Assembly (NCBI GenBank): GCA_963812015.1
Contig: CAWETI010000003.1
Coordinates: forward strand, 1,664,001-1,728,000
Direction: 5' to 3'
DNA from: an uncultured delta proteobacterium
Lineage (GTDB): Bacteria > Desulfobacterota > Desulfobaccia > Desulfobaccales > 0-14-0-80-60-11
Length of the DNA: 64,000 nt
In this document: positions 59,541 through 64,000 of the stretch, one piece after another
Layout: every line of letters begins with the position of its first letter
How positions within the stretch are numbered: the first letter of the stretch is position 1
Position numbers and translations under genes: made by a program
Notes under the pieces: generated by a model
Databases searched by the model: none
The model's input: only the letters and a program-made list of their open reading frames with translations
What the model was told of the DNA's origin: nothing

Positions 59541-60671
59541 TTGAAAGCGTTACTGGCTTTGGAAGATGGTTTGGTTTTATGGGGCCGGTCTTTCACCGGC
59601 GCCGGCGAGTGCCGCGGCGAGGTGGTGTTCAATACCGCCATGACCGGTTATCAGGAAATTCTCACCGACCCTTCCTACCGGGGGCAGATCGTCACCATGA
59701 CCTATCCCCTCATGGGCAATTACGGGGTCAATCCCGAGGACCTGGAATCCCGGGGCATCCAGGTGGAAGGCTTTATTGTCAAGGAGTACCACCCCTACCC
59801 TTCTAACTGGCGCTCGGCGGGCAATCTGGCGGATTATCTCAAGGCCTCCGGCCGCCTGGGGGTCGAGGGCCTGGACACCCGGGCCCTGACCAAGCGCCTC
59901 CGGGAGGTGGGGGCCATGCGGGGGATTATCTCCACCCGGGACCTCGACCCCGTGTCCCTGGTGCGCCGGGCCCAAGCACTGCCCAGCATGGAGGGCCAGG
60001 ACCTGGTCCCCCTGGTGACCTGCCCCCGACCCTACTGGTGGCCCGGGGGGCCGGCGGCGGAGAGCGCCGCACCCGAGGACCTGGCGACCCTCTGGGCCCA
60101 AAAGTCCGGCAAGAAAGTGGTCCTCTATGATTATGGAGTAAAGTTCAATATTATCAGAAGCTTAATCCAGCGGGGCCTGGAAGTCCTGGTGGTGCCCGCC
60201 ACCACCCCGGCCGCGGCTATCCTGGCCCTTGAGCCCGACGGCATCGTCCTCAGTAACGGTCCCGGGGACCCCGCCGCGGTTACTTACGGCATCGACAACG
60301 TGCGCCAGTGTCTGGGGGCTCAGCCCATGTTCGGCATCTGCCTGGGGCACCAGCTCATGGGGCTGGCCCTGGGGGGCCGGACCTTCAAGCTCAAGTTCGG
60401 GCACCGGGGGGCCAACCAGCCGGTTAAAAATAAACTTTCCGGCCGGGTGGAGATCACCTCCCAGAATCACGGCTTTGCCGTGGACCTGGAATCCATCCCC
60501 GACCCGGCGGTGGAGCTGACCCATGTCAACCTCAACGACGGCACCTTAGAGGGTTTGCGCCATCCTCAGCTCCGGGCCTTTTCGGTCCAGTACCACCCCG
60601 AGGCCTCCCCAGGCCCCCATGACGCCGATTATCTGTTCGAGGAATTCTTGCAGATGGTGGAGAAGGCGTAA
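59541..60671 (+). CDS. carA: Carbamoyl-phosphate synthase small subunit
   Basis: [38 protein letters not shown]. Confidence 0.97.
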   Translation: MKALLALEDGLVLWGRSFTGAGECRGEVVFNTAMTGYQEILTDPSYRGQIVTMTYPLMGNYGVNPEDLESRGIQVEGFIVKEYHPYPSNWRSAGNLADYLKASGRLGVEGLDTRALTKRLREVGAMRGIISTRDLDPVSLVRRAQALPSMEGQDLVPLVTCPRPYWWPGGPAAESAAPEDLATLWAQKSGKKVVLYDYGVKFNIIRSLIQRGLEVLVVPATTPAAAILALEPDGIVLSNGPGDPAAVTYGIDNVRQCLGAQPMFGICLGHQLMGLALGGRTFKLKFGHRGANQPVKNKLSGRVEITSQNHGFAVDLESIPDPAVELTHVNLNDGTLEGLRHPQLRAFSVQYHPEASPGPHDADYLFEEFLQMVEKA

Positions 60672-60986
60672 ACGCACCGGACGGCCTTGGTCGCGTTTGT
60701 GGGGGCGGTTCGCGACACGTTTGGTCTGGGTAATCTGCGTGACTGCCCCGGCCCGGTAGGAAGCCGAACTTGACTTGATAGTGGAGTGTTTCGCCGTTAC
60801 CTTGATATAAAATCAGGCCGGAAAGAATGGCTTGGGAACCTTAAGTCCCCCTTTGAAAAATGGGGATTTAGGGGGATTTTCAACATGTTGTCTTGAATTT
60901 TCCCCTGCCTCCCCTTGAGAAAGTGAGAAAAGAGGGGGGAAGGATCAGGTCTACGACGCCATATTCTCTTTAAAACGCCACAAGAG

Positions 60987-62219
60987 ATGAGAAAGCCCGT
61001 CGTCATCATCGCCATCATCCTGGTGGCCCTGGGCCTTGGGGCGGCGGCGTACTATTGGCAAAACTTACGGGGGGCCGGGCCCGCCATCCTTCGCCCGCCT
61101 GGGGATATCGTCAAGCTCCTGGAGGAAACCCCGGGCCCCGGCGCCGGGAAAGCCATCGATCCGGCCGCCATCCCCTTGAAGCTGCCCAAGGGGTTTACCA
61201 TCTCGGTTTTTGCCGCCCACGTCCCCGGCGCCCGGGTCCTGGCCTTGGACCCCGGGGGCACAATTCTGGTAAGCCTCACTTCCCAGGGCCGGGTGGTGGC
61301 CCTGCCGGATAAGAACGGCGACGGCGGCCCCGATGCCGCGGTGACCGTGCTCGAAGGGCTCCATAAGCCCCACGGCCTGGCCTTCGGCCCTGAAGAACCA
61401 CCTCGGCTCTACGTGGCGGAGACCGATCAGGTGGCGGCCTACGCTTACGATCCGGAGCATTTCACGGCAACGGACAAGCAGAAAATCGCCGACCTGCCGC
61501 CGGGGGGGCGCCATTACACCCGGTCCCTGCTGTTTCTGCCGCCCCCCCGAGAAGATCACTTGTTGATCTCCGTGGGCTCCAGTTGCGACGTCTGCGAGGA
61601 GCAGGACCCCCGGCGAGCCAAGATTTTGGCGGTAGACGTCTGCGACGGCGATCTTTCGACCTTCGCCTCGGGCCTGCGCAACTCGGTGTTCATGGCGCTC
61701 CATCCCGTGACCGGCCACGTCTGGGCCACCGAGATGGGCCGGGACTACCTGGGGGACGACCTGCCGCCGGATGAAATCAACCTCATCCTGGAGGGGAGCC
61801 ATTACGGCTGGCCTTACTGTTATGGCAAGCGCATCCACGACGACCAGTTCGACCCCAGCGGCACCCATCGGGACTTTTGTAGGGACACCATCCCGTCGTT
61901 TATCGACATCCCGGCCCATTCCGCCCCCCTGGGGCTGGCCTTTTTCCCGGCCGAGTGGCCCAAGGAGTTCCGCCATAACCTCCTGGTGGCCTACCACGGC
62001 TCCTGGAACCGCACCGTACCCACGGGCTACAAGGTGGTGCGCTATAAGCTGGATGCCGCCGGCAATTTTGTGGACGTCGAGGACTTCATCACCGGCTGGC
62101 TGACGCCTCAAGGCGCCCTGGGCCGCCCGGTGGATATTCTCATAAGTCCCGACGGCGTCATCTATATTTCCGATGACAAAGCGGGGGTGGTGTATCGGTT
62201 GATATATAAGGAAATGTAG
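60987..62219 (+). CDS. PQQ-dependent sugar/sorbosone dehydrogenase family
   Basis: GLRNSV, YGWPYC, AHSAPLG, HGSWNR, GRPVD. Confidence 0.9.
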   Translation: MRKPVVIIAIILVALGLGAAAYYWQNLRGAGPAILRPPGDIVKLLEETPGPGAGKAIDPAAIPLKLPKGFTISVFAAHVPGARVLALDPGGTILVSLTSQGRVVALPDKNGDGGPDAAVTVLEGLHKPHGLAFGPEEPPRLYVAETDQVAAYAYDPEHFTATDKQKIADLPPGGRHYTRSLLFLPPPREDHLLISVGSSCDVCEEQDPRRAKILAVDVCDGDLSTFASGLRNSVFMALHPVTGHVWATEMGRDYLGDDLPPDEINLILEGSHYGWPYCYGKRIHDDQFDPSGTHRDFCRDTIPSFIDIPAHSAPLGLAFFPAEWPKEFRHNLLVAYHGSWNRTVPTGYKVVRYKLDAAGNFVDVEDFITGWLTPQGALGRPVDILISPDGVIYISDDKAGVVYRLIYKEM

Positions 62220-62353
62220 GGTAGCATCGCCTCCCATAGACCGGCAAAATAACTTTGGCAAAAATCCAGGCGGGCCTTGCCCATCCTGCTCCAAATCGGG
62301 GTCTTCACAGATTGCACCGGCATGACGCCTGTGCCACCAGAAGGAGATTTCTC

Positions 62354-63184
62354 ATGCAGCAAAAAATTCGTTTGGCGCTCATTGTGCTGATAGTGGTGGT
62401 GCTGGCGGTCCCCCTCACGGCCGGCGCCGCCGTCGTGGGCCGCTTCACCCTGGTGACCGGGCAGGTTGACCTGCTCAAGGGCGGCAAGATCCCCGGCATA
62501 CCCGCTAAAGTTCAGGACGGGGTGGAAGCCGGCGACATCATCCGCACCAAGGCCAAGGCCAAGGCCCAACTCACCATGGTGGACGACTCCGTCATCACCA
62601 TGGCGCCGGAGTCCCGCCTGGCCCTCGCCGACTATCAGTATGATGCCGCCCGGGGCGAGCGCCGGGCCGTGGTGCGCCTCTTCCGGGGCTTGGTACGCAC
62701 CGTGGTCAACCGCATCATCAAGACCGAAGAGCCGGATTTCATCATGGAGACCCAAACCGCGGTTGTCGGGGTGCGAGGCACCAACTTCTTTACGCTCGTG
62801 GGCCCCAATTCCACCCTTACGGCCCTGTCCTCTGGCGTTTTGTTCGTCACGCCCAAAATCGCCGGCGTCGAAGGTAGACTTTTGTATTCCATGCAATTTA
62901 TCCAGGTGCCCAAACCCTTCCTGCCCCAGGTTTTGACCCCGGAGACCCTGAAAATGCTGGAAAACCTCATGGACACCGGGCTGGGCGGCGGCGGCTTGGG
63001 ATTCGGCGTGCCATCCCCTACCGGCCCCTATGGCCAATTTCCCTTAGGCTTGCCGTTCACCCCGGACCAGAAGATCTTGCAGCAAACGATTCCTCCAGTC
63101 CTCGTGCCTCAGCATCAGATGCCGGCTCCCGTCCAACCGGCGGCGCCAGCCGGACCTTCCTCTGGTCCCTCAAGCTTACCATGA
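62354..63184 (+). CDS. FecR-domain exported protein
   Basis: RBS AAGGAG; signal peptide; GDIIRT, TQTAVVGVRGT. Confidence 0.85.
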   Translation: MQQKIRLALIVLIVVVLAVPLTAGAAVVGRFTLVTGQVDLLKGGKIPGIPAKVQDGVEAGDIIRTKAKAKAQLTMVDDSVITMAPESRLALADYQYDAARGERRAVVRLFRGLVRTVVNRIIKTEEPDFIMETQTAVVGVRGTNFFTLVGPNSTLTALSSGVLFVTPKIAGVEGRLLYSMQFIQVPKPFLPQVLTPETLKMLENLMDTGLGGGGLGFGVPSPTGPYGQFPLGLPFTPDQKILQQTIPPVLVPQHQMPAPVQPAAPAGPSSGPSSLP

Positions 63185-63471
63185 GGCCTGAGTTCGCCGG
63201 AGATGGTCATGGGCAATGGGAAACCCCGGGGAGTGGACCGACGTGCAGGCGTCCGACTTCCCCGGGGCAGGGGTCCCGCCGGTGGGCGCAATCGGGAAAA
63301 GGGAAAAATCTGCTGGCCTTGGAACCCACAAAAGCATAAGATTGATGAGACTTCTTGCTGGCCGACACGCCTGCCGGGCCACCTGGCCGGGCTCAGCCGT
63401 TAAGTTGAATGAAACGCGCATAACCACGCCAATCACTACCTCTATAGGGGCGGGGTGATGGAAAGGAAAAT

Positions 63472-63510
63472 TGGGTCACCGGCCAGGTGCGAACCCTGGC
63501 CGGTGACCCA
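63472..63510. promoter_or_regulatory. Perfect 16-bp-stem hairpin just upstream of carB
   Basis: TGGGTCACCGGCCAGG-tgcgaac-CCTGGCCGGTGACCCA. Confidence 0.55.
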
Positions 63511-63525
63511 GGTAACGACGCAAAC

Positions 63526-64000
63526 ATGCCTAAACGCACCGACATTAAAAAAATCCTGATCATCGGCTCAGGCCCCATCATCATCAGTCAGGCCTGCGAG
63601 TTCGATTATTCCGGCACCCAGGCCTGCAAAGCCTTGAGGGAAGAAGGCTATGAAGTGGTCCTGATCAACTCCAACCCGGCCACCATCATGACCGACCCCG
63701 AGATGGCCGACCGCACCTATATCGAACCCATCACCACGGAAATGGTGTGCCAGGTGATTGAGCGCGAGCGCCCCGATGCCCTGCTCCCCACCCTGGGCGG
63801 CCAGACCGGCCTCAACTGCGCCATTGCCGTGGCCGAAACCGGCATCCTGGAGAAATTCGAGGTGGAGATGATCGGGGCCAAACCCGACGTCATCAAAAAG
63901 GCCGAAGACCGGGAACTCTTCCGGGACGCCATGGCCAACATCAATCTTCGGGTGCCGAACAGCGTCATCGTGCGCACCCTGGATGAGGCCGTGGAGGCCG
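63526..64000 (+). CDS. carB: Carbamoyl-phosphate synthase large subunit, N-terminal part; runs off the right edge
   Basis: Manual translation: [37 protein letters not shown]...[11 protein letters not shown]...[11 protein letters not shown]. Confidence 0.97.
   Translation, partial: MPKRTDIKKILIIGSGPIIISQACEFDYSGTQACKALREEGYEVVLINSNPATIMTDPEMADRTYIEPITTEMVCQVIERERPDALLPTLGGQTGLNCAIAVAETGILEKFEVEMIGAKPDVIKKAEDRELFRDAMANINLRVPNSVIVRTLDEAVEA

Noticed and set aside
1..64000. CRISPR array or cas genes
   Set aside because: No regularly spaced repeat-spacer series seen; the periodic repeats are protein-coding.

Overview
GC-rich bacterial chromosome segment. Gene content and repeat families suggest Desulfobacterota, possibly Desulfobacca-like; this is inference. 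The left ~19.8 kb appears to be the right-hand part of an integrated genomic island. It ends in paired TGGGGGTAT arm-type sites and a degenerate tRNA-Leu-like 3' att core (19821-19836). Island cargo: an arylsulfatase and an octaheme-TPR cytochrome; a tandem array of five exported TPR paralogs plus a relic sixth; a translationally coupled membrane Ser/Thr kinase facing an FHA-GAF-adenylate cyclase; a type I R-M operon collapsed to a 288-bp scar; and an unknown gene pair with AlpA, an HTH protein and a tyrosine recombinase. The remainder is mostly core genes: kpsF/kdsD, a LivF-PaaK fusion, mgtA, alpha-2-macroglobulin with pbpC, hemB/ahbD/ahbA, a DUF1998 helicase-exonuclease fusion, an rlmI-like gene, waaA, carA and carB. 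These are interrupted by two AT-rich single-gene insertions and many REP/MITE-like repeats. The best candidate for an undescribed system is the variable-tip TPR array with the kinase and cyclase, bracketed by a conserved ~180-bp non-coding element. All family calls come from motif recognition by eye; no database searches were run.
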